NCBI GenBank assembly: GCA_951406725.2
Contig: OX597829.1
Coordinates: 36,084,001 to 36,148,000, forward strand
Origin: Octopus vulgaris
Taxonomy: Eukaryota
Reading direction: 5' to 3'
Length of the DNA: 64,000 nucleotides
Part shown: one piece after another, positions 1 to 15,500 of the stretch
Position numbering within the stretch: the stretch's first letter is position 1
How the letters are laid out: every line of letters begins with the position of its first letter
The notes under the pieces: generated by a model
Seen by the model: only the letters and a program-made list of their open reading frames with translations
Told to the model about the DNA's origin: nothing
The model's database searches: none
Position numbers and translations under genes: made by a program

Positions 1-74
1 ATAACTACTTAACTGAATCTTTCTCACGTCCCATTTGTCCACTACTCACATGGAGACGCCCGCGTTATCTACAG

Positions 75-146
75 CCGGTATTACCAATCAGTTTCGGACA
101 GAAACTTAGGTGATTATCTAGCAGCGCGTTTGTCATAGTACCGGTA
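75..146 (-). ncRNA. Degenerate type I hammerhead-like motif downstream of the PLE relic
   Basis: Minus strand: ccggta-CT(-)ATGA-long stem II-GAAAC tgattg GTA-ataccgg. Stem I arms are complementary but the core lacks G5. Confidence 0.3.
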
Positions 147-489
147 TGGAAAAAATGGCAACGGCACACTATTACTGAAAGTCAGGAATTGCCGTATCCG
201 GATTTTATATGCCGTGATAAAGACGGAACGATCCGGTGGAAGACAATTAGAAAGAGGAACACTGAAGAATTATGTTATGTCTATTTCCTTAAAAACCTGA
301 GGGGGCGATAACTGCCAACAAAATAATATTTGGGCACGGCTGGTAGTTGATCTGAGTGCAGAGGGTGGACATCAAACTTTTAAATCCAAGTGTCGGTATA
401 TATGCCTATGTGTGTTTACATGTATATAGTTAGGTGTAGTCAATACTGTCTTGATAATGATTGTGGTGGTGAAATAACCTCTTGGTGAT

Positions 490-870
490 AGCGGTAACGT
501 TTAAATTTATTGAGTGCATGAACGGAAAATCTCGCTCCTGCAGTTTAGGTAGGGGTTTATTAAAAAGAGTCCTTTAACATAGTTCATTTGTCGTTTATAT
601 ATAGCCTGTCATTCCTCATACTACTGAAGTCAGGCTTGCATTTCTGTAGAATTTACTATTTGAAGTGATCCATGGTGCTTTCCTCCAACAACCATATATA
701 CCTAACCAGGGCTGTGATATTGAAGGCGGATTTATGGCTGTTAAATCTGGTTTGGAAGGATCTTCTGTGACACCTGCGTATTCCGGGGTTCTTTAATATC
801 AACCCTGTCACGTATACGAGGTCAATGTATTGCACTGGCTGATAAGGGGCATGTAGCTTTCCTTCTGCAT
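490..870 (-). pseudogene. Penelope-like element GIY-YIG endonuclease relic (frameshifted)
   Basis: Minus-strand fragments, joined across frameshifts, read roughly KATCPL...YAGVTE...FQTRFNSHKSAFNITALVRYIWLLEE...QKCKP...LNCRSEIF. This follows the CPL/YxG/R..H/YIW/LN.RSE pattern of PLE GIY-YIG domains. Confidence 0.7.
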
Positions 871-2023
871 GAGCAATATACTTATCAGCTTACCCGAGAC
901 AATTTTTTTGTATTTACTGTAAATAAGCTAAAAGATATTAATTTCTTCGAAAACTAAAGAAGGGCACATGTTCTCCCCTATATTACATACATTTACAAAT
1001 ATATTTACATACATACACACATACATAGATACATGCATGCCTGCATGCATACATATATGCACACACACGCACACACACACATATATATCTATATATATTA
1101 TATGTATTTGTGTACGTATTTGTGTATGTATTTGCGCGTGTTAAACGTATAATATACACACGCACTCTTGTATCTCTTGTGCGAGTTTCTGTTTTTAAAA
1201 TTACAAAATGCTCTAAATCCCGTGTATATGTTATTCATAGAAACTTAAAAAAGTATATGTAGATGTTTACCGGCACCGTATGTGCAGACATAGTTGACTA
1301 AAACCCTACATATATGCTCGTGCGCACACACATACACAAGATGACAAAATGAGTTCACACACACACACTGTCTCTTTCTCTCTCTCATAACTACACTGGA
1401 TTATTTGGTATTCATTTTAAGAAACAGAATTTTCACCTAAATATAAAAAAATAGAAATATACATATTACTATTTTTCTATCGCCGGACAATTTCGAATGC
1501 TCTAGCTAATATCTAGGCTTCTTAAACTTTCATTAAGGAACATGCACCCATATTTTGTCTCTGTATAGATTAGCATCTTGGTGCTTATTTACAGTAAATC
1601 GCACCCACCACACACAAAAAAAAAAGAAAGAAGACTCAGTATAATTTGATAATAGTGCATAGAATGATAACGTAGGCTAATTAATTCACGGCGCACTAGA
1701 CTGTAAACAAAGTATTTACACTAAAAGTTTTATGTCTCACTGTGTAGAAAAAGTAGGATCAATCTGGTTAATTTCTAATCAACTTAGACCTCAGTCATAT
1801 CAAAGCGAAGCTGAACTTATATTGATTTTTTAAAAAAAAACATGAGTAATTTACATAGCTGAGTTTCAAAGTATAAGCTATTAATCTCTCTTTGGTATAT
1901 ACTTTCTGAGACGAAAGACTAAGGAGACTAGAATGTTCCCAAATTGATCCCACAGTTTTTAACACTGAAACTGATTTATCTATTAAAACTCATATACCTT
2001 AACAGATGCATATATATATATAT

Positions 2024-2238
2024 ATCAAAATAAGTACAAGGATATCCAAGGTAGTGTAGTACAATCGTTTTTTTAATGAAGTAGCATAAAACGATTGTAC
2101 TATACTACCTTGGATATCCTTGTTGCTTATTTTGATTATAATCACCCCATTTGATTTATATGGATAATACAATACAAAAATTCTGGTGCCTTTAACTTAA
2201 GTACCATATTCATCCGAATCTAAATTTTGCTGAACCTA
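2024..2238. mobile_element. (TA)n-embedded hairpin cassette, probably PLE-derived
   Basis: About 48-bp inverted arms ATCAAAATAAG...CAATCGTTTT / AAAACGATTG...CTTATTTTGAT (2024-2136) plus a ~100-bp unique tail, with (TA)n on both sides. Confidence 0.6.
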
Positions 2239-2315
2239 TATATATATATATATATATATGCTATGTACCTTAATTAGGGTATAAAACTCATATACCTTAA
2301 TATATGCAATATGTA

Positions 2316-2346
<31 letters not shown>

Positions 2347-2399
2347 CTGTACGTATGCAGGTTTGTATAAGTTTAAGTGTTTGCATAATTACGAATGGA

Positions 2400-2745
2400 G
2401 GCAGAGGTATGAGTGGAGTGTTGGAGAGTGCCATTACTGTCAGTGTGTAAATATCTATTGATTAGATCGATTGACATATACAAAAGCAAGAACGGAGAGA
2501 TTTTGTAACTATAGTTGTGCAATGAGTGTCAGCATTAGTAGCAGCAAATTAAAGATTAAGGCTCATGAAATGTTGGAAATTCAATGGCGGAGCAGAATAT
2601 GTAATTTCAGGTACGTCTGGATTTCAACAGGCACTGGGAAATGAAGAATGACTTCCAGCTGAAACGTTAGACTTCCTACACTTCGCATCAATAAATTCAT
2701 CATTGTACAAATTTTCCTTATGCTGTCATCATTTCATATATTAAA
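2400..2745 (+). mobile_element. Possible decayed PLE 3' end with HHR remnant
   Basis: KLKIKAHEMLEIQW-like peptide, then gggaa-ATGAAGA...GAAACGTTA-gacttcc (~2636-2676) and AATAAA. Confidence 0.3.
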
Positions 2746-3189
2746 TTGTTTTCCGTATAATTGTAAATTACTTGTGAGGTTAAAGGAGAAAGAAGAAAAT
2801 TAGGAAAAATAAAATAAGAACAACTAAGGGATAACAAAAATACAGAAAGACATATAAACAGTAACAATTTCAAAACCTTAAACACATACATATACATACT
2901 GTACTATACGCAAACATACTATATAACAACGAAAAATAAATATTCACAAGTACAACAAAAGGTAAAGCTAAGATAAAAATGCATAACAGTTCGGGCAGAC
3001 AATATGAATATCTGTTTGACGAGATTAGTTTTGAAATGGTGGTAAGTCTGAGAAATTTTACGACCTTCATGAAAATGTAATAAAGTAGCGTAGACGAAGA
3101 TTAGCTGTGAGACATTTTTCAAATTCGGGCACTGACGTTTTCCCCCAAAGAAAAGACCATTACAATTGTGTAGTGGACAAAATGCACGA

Positions 3190-3315
<126 letters not shown>

Positions 3316-3467
3316 AATATATCTATCTATCTATCTAACTGTATGTCTGTCTGCTTGTCTAACACTCTCATTCTCTCCTCTATATATATACATATATACT
3401 TATACATACTTACATACATACACACACACATATATATATATATAGATAGATTGATAGATAGATAGAT

Positions 3468-3522
<55 letters not shown>

Positions 3523-3842
3523 TATTTATATTTATGCTTACAGGATACAAACACACAGACACACATGTATACACAAACACATGAAGTGGATTAAATTAAT
3601 CACGTATAATGTTATTGTACGGCTATTGGTATCAAAGTTGCTTTCATTCTCCCAGTGACAAACAGGATTGGGCTTTCCTCTGTTCAATGTTATCAGCCTC
3701 TTACTGTTATCGAATCAGTCGGCAGTTGATTAAAGTGAGCTGTTTCCATTGTATATGTATTTACACTTTTATAAATGTGTGTGTGTGTGCATATACATAC
3801 ATTGATACATATATACATATAAATATATATATATAAATAATA

Positions 3843-3893
<51 letters not shown>

Positions 3894-3982
3894 GTGTAAA
3901 TGTATATAGATATATGTATATAAATAAATATATATACACATAAACACGCGCACACACAAATATATATATAAATGCGTGTGTG

Positions 3983-4077
<95 letters not shown>

Positions 4078-4127
4078 ATATATATGTGTGTATATATGTA
4101 TATATCTACATCTATCTATCTATACAT

Positions 4128-4212
<85 letters not shown>

Positions 4213-4242
4213 TATATAGATATATATGAATATATATATATG

Positions 4243-4283
<41 letters not shown>

Positions 4284-4306
4284 CATATATATATTACATT
4301 AGTAAA

Positions 4307-4769
4307 TATATGTGACAACTCGGTAGCCGTGATAAAACTCCGAGTTCCGGATTTCGGGGTGGAAATCCACGCCGCCATATTTTCAGTTATCCGGCAATTC
4401 CGATGTTCGGATAACTGTAGAGAAGGCAGCGGAGATTTCCACCCCTATATTCGAACTCGGGGTTTTATCATGGCTACCGAATAATTGTCACATATTACAT
4501 TTACAGATAAATTCCTCTATTTACATAATATCGAGGTCTCTTTCATTCTTTTTTTGTCTTACCATTTCTATATACTGATCTATAATGAATTATGTTACTA
4601 CATTTTGACCCCAGCAAAATATATTTTCCAACTAGTTAACGATACACAACTTGTGTCCGGTATATTGTGAGTATACTCACAATATACCGAACACAGTTTG
4701 TATGTCATTAACCAACTAGAGAAGACCTCTTCTTCCGGTTAAAAACGTAATAACATAGTTCTTTATAGA
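4307..4769. repeat. Twin long imperfect palindromes (foldback/MITE-like)
   Basis: IR1 spans 4307-4496 (tgtgacaa..cggtagccgtgataaaactccgagttc / gaactcggggttttatcatggctaccg..ttgtcaca). IR2 spans 4579-4769, centred on gtgagta|tactcac. Confidence 0.85.
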
Positions 4770-4984
4770 ACAATCATGTTATAGTGGCAAAAGCAGTTAC
4801 CGTCTTGTATTGGTAAAACTTAAATCTTCTAGAACTAACTAGTTTACTGGGCAAGGGTCTCCTACTATAGCCTCGAGCCGACCAAAGTCTTGTGAGTGGA
4901 TTCAAAATGATGCGTGGCATTCTATTGAATGATAAATAGTAACTAATATATAGTATATATATGGTGATGTCCCGTACCCATATA

Positions 4985-5718
<734 letters not shown>

Positions 5719-5739
5719 ATATATTGTCTACTATATATG

Positions 5740-5945
5740 TCTATGTGTGTGTGCGTCTGTATCCATTCCCCCAAAAACCGGTGTTGGTGTGTTTACGCCC
5801 ACGAAGCGCAGCGGTTCGGCAACGAGTCGATAGAATAAGTACTAGGCTTACAAAGAATAAGTCCTGAGGTCGATTTCTACAACTAAAGCGGTGTCCAAGC
5901 ATGGCCGCAGTCAAGAGATTGAAAAATGTAAAGGAATAAAGAATA
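5740..5945 (+). mobile_element. SINE family A, 3' half
   Basis: gcggttcggcaa..gatagaataagtactaggcttacaaagaataagtcc..gcatggccgcagtca. Confidence 0.8.
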
Positions 5946-5963
5946 TATACATATATAAATTTA

Positions 5964-6022
<59 letters not shown>

Positions 6023-6470
6023 ATACATACATATATACATATATATACATATATACATGGATATATATATATATATACATATGTATATATATATATATAC
6101 ATATATATACATGATCATAAATACATATATCTATATACATATATATAGACACACTCACACACACATATATATATGTATACATATATATATAAATATACAC
6201 ATATATATTTATGTATCTAGGTATAATACAGATATACCTACATATATACAATGTATACATATATATGGATTTATATATATATTATTATATGTTTATATAT
6301 ATGTGTGTATATATAGTATATATATAATTATATATACATAAATATATATATAATTATATATATTACATATGTATGATATATATGTATATATATATATATA
6401 TATATGCATGTATATATATATGTATATACATATATATATATATATATTTGTGTGCGTGTATGTATATATG

Positions 6471-6510
<40 letters not shown>

Positions 6511-6568
6511 GATACATACATACATACATACATACATACATACATACATACATACATACATACATACA

Positions 6569-6600
<32 letters not shown>

Positions 6601-6856
6601 CGAAATGTCGGTGGACGGATTAACCTCGGAAATGTATGTTGGAATATATTTGCACAATCTAATTTATGTTTAATTAATTATAGACACCCTTAGTTAAAAG
6701 TATTTCGCTTAGAGGAATTAAGACGTTCCCTATGTAATACATTTGTATGCATATTGCAGACAAACATTTATGAACACACATTCACCTAAATATATGAAAC
6801 CAGATAGACAGTTACAAAGGTTGGGAGGCTGACAGACATTTAGACAGACAGACACA

Positions 6857-6879
6857 TAGATAGATAGATAAATAGATAA

Positions 6880-6966
<87 letters not shown>

Positions 6967-7022
6967 TAGATACATAGATAGGTAGATAGATAGATAGATA
7001 GAGATAGACAGATGGATGGATG

Positions 7023-7115
<93 letters not shown>
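6857..7115. repeat. (GATA)n microsatellite
   Basis: Directly visible. Confidence 0.95.
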
Positions 7116-7116
<1 letters not shown>

Positions 7117-7439
7117 GAGAGAGAGTGTGAGAGAAATTTATAGTTATGCTCAGACATAATTAGTCAAGTTCTCCCCGTTCACATAATTCTTACAAAGCTA
7201 TTTAGCATGAGTTATATACATAAATATGTGTGTGCCTCTGTCTGTTTGGGTGGGTGCGTGCGAGCGTGTGTATTCTTATGTGTATGTATGTATATATATA
7301 TATATTCATATCTGTATATCTAGCAATATGTCTATCTATCTAGCTATCAATCTATCTATCTCTATTTATCTATCTATATGCATATATATGTATACACACA
7401 CACACACACACACACTCACACACACTCACACACACACAC

Positions 7440-7505
<66 letters not shown>

Positions 7506-7714
7506 ATATATGTGTGTGTGTATGGAATGAGAGACAGTTATAGATGTATGTGCATGACTGTGCTTGCGTATGTCTATCTGTATGTGTGCGTGTCTAATTT
7601 TTGTGTATGATTCGTTTCTACATGTTTTGTGTGTATGTGCATGAAGACGGAGTAAATATAATTTCATATTTCCATATTTCCTATAAGTGTGTGGAGATAG
7701 AAACAGAATAATGT

Positions 7715-7755
7715 GACGCCGCGTTTCCATATATTATCCTATCATACATCTTCAG
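7715..7755 (-). ncRNA. Hammerhead core candidate lacking stem I
   Basis: Minus strand: CTGAAGA-tgtat..atatg-GAAA-CGCGGCG-TC. Stem III pairs but the flanks do not. Confidence 0.4.
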
Positions 7756-7903
7756 TCTAAATATTTTTTGTGTTATACGACGGGCTTGTACAAGCTCAGT
7801 AATTATCGAACTACTGAAATATCTATAGACGTAAATATAGCAGAAATGTCTTACGGAAATTATCATTCATTGACAGTTATCTATCTATGTCACACTCTGT
7901 GTG

Positions 7904-8473
<570 letters not shown>

Positions 8474-9205
8474 CTTAATTTCTTAGATTTATACTAAGAG
8501 AGATAGATACATACAAGCATATATATGTTTATGTTTATATATATATACATATAAGGCAAAAATCTAAAAATTAATATTGCCTATAAATATTAAAATACGA
8601 AATATTGATTAATATATAATATATTTATCTTAATATTTATTATTATCTTAATATGATATATTTATCTTAATAAATATATTGCCAGAATTTAGTTTCCGGA
8701 GATTTTTCCGTCTTTGTTGCCGATATTATTATATTCATTGAGCGCTCCACTAAAATGCATTGCGCAGAAAATACTTTTCTTGTGTCTACAGCATGTACAT
8801 AAGTCCAGCCTTTGCAACCCTTTATGTGTATGAGTAAGTGCATTATTGTGCACGTGTGTGTGTGTGGGAGAGATGGTGCCATATATGTTATTGGCTCAAG
8901 TGAGAAGCAGTGATAGAACACGGTCGGAAATAAAATTCTTAGAGCAAATTGCTTCATAGTTTATTTCATTTTCGCTAACATACCACATTTTTCCATAGTA
9001 TATAAACTATTGAAGGATCCACTTAAGCATACACTCAAGTCATATTACGTGTTACACACATATACATATATATATATACATGCACATATATACACACACA
9101 TACATACACACATGCACATATACACATACATATTTATGCCCAATTTAGAGTGGATGCTGTTAGGGAGCAACATATTGCGATAGACACCGTGAGAATACCT
9201 CTCAG

Positions 9206-9291
<86 letters not shown>

Positions 9292-9302
9292 TAATGGTAG
9301 TA

Positions 9303-9437
<135 letters not shown>

Positions 9438-9559
9438 TTGATGATGATGATGATGATGATTATTATTATTATTATTATCATTATTATTATTATTATTATT
9501 ATTACTATTATTATTATTATTATTATTATTACTGTTGTTGTTGTTGTTATTATTTTTAT

Positions 9560-9984
9560 TGTTGTTGTTCAGCAGTCTTAATTGTATCAAGTGCTTTTAC
9601 TGCACTACCGAGCGCAGGTCTGTGTACCTTGGGTATGTGCTGTGGTTTGTTGTGATGCTCTAATGGTTACTGCATTGAAAGTGTTTTGCATAGGATGTGT
9701 GCAGTACCTTGTAGGGCTATCTTCTGTATGTTATATATACTTTGTAAGTTCCGGTGTCTTTGCTATGTATTTGTCTGATTTTTTTTTTATCATACCTTAT
9801 GTGCCTACTATAATAGGAATTGTTTCTGCTTTTAGGCTCCACATTCGAGTTACCTCTACTTCCAGATCTTTGTATTTTGAAAGTTTTTCCGTTTCTTTTA
9901 GAGAAACATTGTCATCTGTTGGTATTGATACATCAATTCGAAAGCATTTTTTTCCAGATATCTCTGACAACTATATCCGGCCTG
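9560..9984 (-). mobile_element. R4/Dong-like RLE LINE 3' end (restriction-like endonuclease relic) in trinucleotide repeats
   Basis: Minus strand reads RPDIVVRD..CFRIDVSIPTDDNVSLKETEKLSKYKDLEVEVTRMWSLKAETIPIIVG...IQKIALQGTAHILCKTLS. It is followed by an (AAC)/(AAT)n tail at 9206-9560. Confidence 0.85.
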
Positions 9985-9995
9985 CTAGTCTTGAT

Positions 9996-10057
<62 letters not shown>

Positions 10058-10083
10058 TTACTACTACTACTACTACTAATTAA

Positions 10084-10580
10084 GGCGGCGAGCTAGCAGA
10101 AACGTTAGCAAGCCGGGCGAAATGTTCTGAGTTCAAATTCCGCCGAGGTCGACTTTGCCTTTCATCCTTTCGGGGTCGATTAAATAAGTACCAGTTACGC
10201 ACTGGGATCGATATAATCGACTTAATCCGTTTGTCTGTCCTTGTTTGTCCTCTCTGTGTTTAGCCCCTTGTGGGTAGTAAAGAAATAAGTATTTCGGCCG
10301 TCTTTACGTTCCGAGTTCAAATTCCTCGGAAGTCGACTTTGCCTTTCATCCTTTCGGATTCGATGGAAAAATTACCAGTCGAGTACTGGGGTGGATTTAA
10401 TTGACTAACCTCCTTCTCGAACGTTTCAGGCTTTGTGCCTATAGTAAAAAAGCAAAAAGGCTGCGAGTTGGCAGAATCTTTATCACGCCGAACAAAATGC
10501 TTAGCACCATTTTGTCTGTCTCTGGGTCCAAATTCCGCTGAGATCGACTTTGACTTACATCTTTTGCACTGGGAGGTCGA
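10084..10580 (+). mobile_element. Cluster of SINE family B copies (tRNA head, Nin/Deu-like central domain)
   Basis: ggcggcgagctagcagaa..gagttcaaattccgccgaggtcgactttgcctttcatcctttcggggtcgat..aagtaccag. There are three partial copies between (TAC)n tracts. Confidence 0.8.
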
Positions 10581-10616
10581 ATGTATTGCTAGCCGTTTGC
10601 CTAAATTTGAAACCAT

Positions 10617-10681
<65 letters not shown>

Positions 10682-10870
10682 TTATTATTATTATTATTAC
10701 TATAATTATTATTATGTAATATATGTATATACACACATACAGACACCCGTACACAAACACAGAGACACTTTTTTACAAGTGTACATAATAAATTTTCCAT
10801 AAAATGTCTTATATCAGCGAGCAAGTCGAAACGTTTTTGTACAACATATTGTGTATATATGAATACATAA

Positions 10871-10918
<48 letters not shown>

Positions 10919-11489
10919 ATGTATATATATATATATATGTATGTATGTATATCTATATATCTATCTATCTATGTGTATGTGTGTGTGTTTGATAGCGTGT
11001 GTAGTGTGTGTATGTGTGTCTGTGCGTGTGTGTGTGTGTGTGTGTTTCGGAGCATATGCACTCATTCATACAGGCGGCCGTGCACTTTTCTACAGATGAC
11101 GAAAATGGACACCTAGTTCCCTGTATGACGATTTGTTACAACACCTTCAAAGTATGATCTCAAGAAACAAAAAGAAAAAAAAAACAAACAAGCATACAAA
11201 CCAAAGGGTCACATACGCAATGAATCAATCACATATACCAGCGCACAAGCATGCAAGCGCTCTTGTGGACCCTCACGCACGCGCGTGAAGGCACGCACAC
11301 ACAAACAGACGTTTTTGATCAAGATTTAAATTTAAGAATAAATTTTAACCTAAATTTTAGGTTAAAAATCTAATTTCGTTTTCTTACTTCGTTGAAACTT
11401 AGTTGAGTATGACTTAAATAGTTTATTACTGCGACTGACAGCTTCTTATGTTTGTACACATATGTCTGTATACACATAAATAACCTGTC

Positions 11490-11925
11490 TCTATGGAAAA
11501 GATCGCATAGTTCCGGGTTGAGTTCCATCGCACCATGGTACCTGGGGCAAGCGCCTTCCTTTATATCCTCGGGCCGACCAAAACCTTCCCAGGATTCCTA
11601 GACAGAAACTGAAAGATGCCTGTTCTAAATGCCTCCGTGTATATGTGTGTGTGTGTGTGCGCGTGCGTGTTTGTGTGTGTACATGTACGTGTGTGTGTGT
11701 ATATACGTGTGTACGTGCGTGTGTGTCTCTAGGCAACCTTTGTTGGTACAACCCCTATAGCTTAGCGGTTCGACAAACAAAATTTAATAGAACATGTATC
11801 AGGTTTATAAAAGGAAAAAGAATAGGTGCTGGCATGGATTCGTTCGTGAAAAATTCTTTAAGTTGTTGTCCCAGTTTAACCGCAATCTAATGACTTGAAA
11901 CAAGTAAAAGGGAAAAAAATGAAAG
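11490..11925 (+). mobile_element. SINE family A (diverged)
   Basis: ttccgggttgagttcc..gggccgaccaaa..gaaactgaaag..cttagcggttcg..tgacttgaaacaagtaaaag. Confidence 0.75.
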
Positions 11926-12143
11926 ATATACATTTCTATATAAATACGAGTTTATATATACATATATATCTTATACACACACGTTCACCCACACGTACAT
12001 TCGTTCGGCTAGACCATTTAAGACAGTTCTGTGGCATGGTTGCAACTCAGTGTTTCAAATACATAAAGGAATGAAAAAATCAAATATGTGCGTGCGTGTG
12101 TGTGTGTATGTATTTGTATGCGTAGAGTGTATACAGATGTAGG

Positions 12144-12244
<101 letters not shown>

Positions 12245-12397
12245 GATATGAATTATATCTCCTAGCTTGTCGCATTAGTGAAAACATTTTTGCATGATAA
12301 AGTGATAGTTAGAAAAATAGTATTTTACTCTACAAAATTACACGCACACGAATACACACATACACATATATAAATGTTTAAAAGTATGTATATATGA

Positions 12398-12456
<59 letters not shown>

Positions 12457-12534
12457 TTTATGTATGTATATAAATGTATATCCATGTCTATATCTATATA
12501 TTTATATATCTATATATATATACATGTATGTATG

Positions 12535-12570
<36 letters not shown>

Positions 12571-12993
12571 CATATGTGTATGTATACACTAATTTAAGTA
12601 TTGGTGCCCCAGCATGGCCGTTGCCTTCGGGCTAAAACATTTTAAAGGATTTTTTAAGGATTTATATATATATATATATATATATATATGCGTGTTTGTT
12701 ATATATGGGGTATTTGTGTGTGTGTATAGAAAGAGTAATGTACCATTACTCTATGTAGTTGCGACTACTAATCGTAATTTTTTCCAAATGTAATACAGCT
12801 ATGTTAAGACATACATGCCATTAACCAGAAGAAAAAGACAGTGTTATTCTTATATTACATGAGCTACGCCTTTACAGAGGCGCTTTTCACCCGAAATATC
12901 TTGATAATTAAATATTTCTGAGGTATCAGATGAAGTTACACAGAAAGAGACAGACAGACGGACACATACGCAAACACACACACACACACACAG

Positions 12994-13079
<86 letters not shown>

Positions 13080-13195
13080 TTCTCAGAGTTGTCGGTATTT
13101 GGGAATCTGGTCGTTTTGTGACTTATGTTCTGGTGCTGTAAATAGAAATATTATACACACATGCGAATGATTATACGAATGCTATTTATATGTAG

Positions 13196-13250
<55 letters not shown>

Positions 13251-13473
13251 AATATATATAAGTATATATATATACATGTGTGTGTGAGTCTGTGGGTGCA
13301 CGCGCGTTTATGTGGGCGGGCGTGTGTCTGTGTAAGAAGATGTAGAAGTACATACATAAAAAATCAGTTTGTATAAATGCCTAAACGGCCACGAATAAAC
13401 GCCTGATGAGTACAAATGAAAATATCTACTACAGTAAAAAAATAGAAATTCGAAAAACTGTGATGAGACCCAC

Positions 13474-13507
<34 letters not shown>

Positions 13508-13508
13508 A

Positions 13509-13644
<136 letters not shown>

Positions 13645-13813
13645 AATCTATCTACTACATATCTATCTATCTACATATCTATCTATTTTATCTATCTTCA
13701 CACTCAACACACACATTCGCACGCACATACACACATCTAAATATGTATATATATATATATATATATGGAAAAAAAGTCAAGATAGAAAATGCTAAAATAA
13801 TTTTATAAAAAAC

Positions 13814-13858
13814 ATTTCAGTACCGGTTTCAGTCATTGAGACTTTTTCAACTGTAACA
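13814..13858 (-). ncRNA. Type I hammerhead ribozyme, U3-A8 variant core
   Basis: Minus strand: ttacag-TTGAAAA-agtc tcaat gact-GAA-ACCGGT-A-ctgaa. It has a 4-bp stem II, palindromic stem III and a GUA site, inside a (TA)n-flanked cassette at 13767-13995. Confidence 0.65.
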
Positions 13859-14276
13859 ATTAAATAATTAAATTTAGAAAAATTAAAAGGAAAGTTTTTT
13901 AAAAAGAATATTTGTGTAGTGTTCAAATACAAGTGGCATTTTCCTTGTTTCTGCCTGTCTCTGTCTCTCTTGTTTACTCTTGTGGGTTCGAGGTCATATA
14001 TATATTTATATATATGTATATGTATATATGTATGTGTGTATGTATGTATATGTATACATTACGCATTAATGAATTTTCAATATTTCTATTGTGTCTGAGA
14101 GCTTACATTATGCTCGCTTTCTTCTCTAGAAACTCCCCAAGAACTATAGAAGTATGTTCCTCATTGCTTTTCCAGACCATAACTTTGACTCTTACCATTT
14201 CAAATTTTAGAAGTAGAGGTGAAAATATATAAATATTTACATGCATATATATATACGTATAGGTAGATACATAAAT

Positions 14277-14311
<35 letters not shown>

Positions 14312-14374
14312 GAGTCGTATCTGTATTAATTCACATGAGTTTAATTACGCTGTATACACGCATGTACATATGTG

Positions 14375-14411
<37 letters not shown>

Positions 14412-14430
14412 GCGCTGATATATATACATA

Positions 14431-14520
<90 letters not shown>

Positions 14521-14566
14521 TTTATGTGTGTGCGTATATATATATATAGGTATAGACACACATATA

Positions 14567-15050
14567 GGCGCAGAACTGGCAGTGTGGTAAGAACTTTGTC
14601 TCCCAACCACATGGTGCTGGGTTAAGTCCTACTCTTTGTGTATTTAAGGACAAGAACTAAGAAAAGTAATGTCGCGATCAGTATGTACGATATTCTAAGA
14701 AACATTCAGATGATTCTATTCTTTTATTCTGTTAGACCTTTCCGTCATTGGACTGTGGCAATGCTGGAGTACCGTTACGTTACGGGGACATAAACACTCC
14801 AACACCGATTGTCTAACGATGGTGGGAGGCAATAACAGACATATAAATACCTAAACACACACAAATACCTACACACACACACACAGAGTCTTGTGATTGG
14901 ATTCCGTCTACCAAATCCACCCAGAAGACTTTATCCAAGACAGGGCTATGGTAGAGGACACTTCAGCAAGGTAACGCACAGTGGGACTGAACCCGGAACC
15001 ATGTGGTTGAGAAGCAAGCTTCTTACTACACAGTCACTTCTGCGTCTTCG
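14567..15050. mobile_element. SINE family A head (+, 14567-14635) and diverged copy (-, ~14720-15050)
   Basis: ggcgcagaactggcagtgtggtaagaac..ccaaccacatgg; gtgggactgaacccggaaccatgtggttg. Confidence 0.75.
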
Positions 15051-15119
15051 ATACATTTAATAGTTTGCAGACCAAAAACATGTATATATATTCCTGCATT
15101 CGGTTTCTATTCGTCGGGC

Positions 15120-15216
<97 letters not shown>

Positions 15217-15264
15217 CATATATACATACATATATATATGCATTATATATATGTGTCTGTGTGA

Positions 15265-15309
<45 letters not shown>

Positions 15310-15310
<1 letters not shown>

Positions 15311-15424
15311 TTTATTTAAAAGCAGCAGAAATTCAACAAAACCTGTTACTCTGAGTTTACTCTACCCCTGGTATTTGAGTACTCTTTTTCCCACCTTGTT
15401 TCTCAATTATGTGTTTACTCCGGT
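15310..15424 (-). mobile_element. Truncated copy of the HHR cassette at 34261-34333
   Basis: ctttatttaaaagcagcagaaattcaacaaaacctgttactctgagttt is nearly identical to 34261-34309 and is flanked by (TA)n. Confidence 0.7.
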
Positions 15425-15426
15425 AT

Positions 15427-15500
<74 letters not shown>

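Noticed and set aside
9582-10079. 165-aa hydrophobic plus-strand ORF resembling a membrane protein
   Set aside because: It is the antisense of the R4-like endonuclease relic.
13403-13426. CTGATGA-gtacaaat-GAAA-atatc hammerhead-like string
   Set aside because: No convincing stem I, II or III pairing; compatible with chance.
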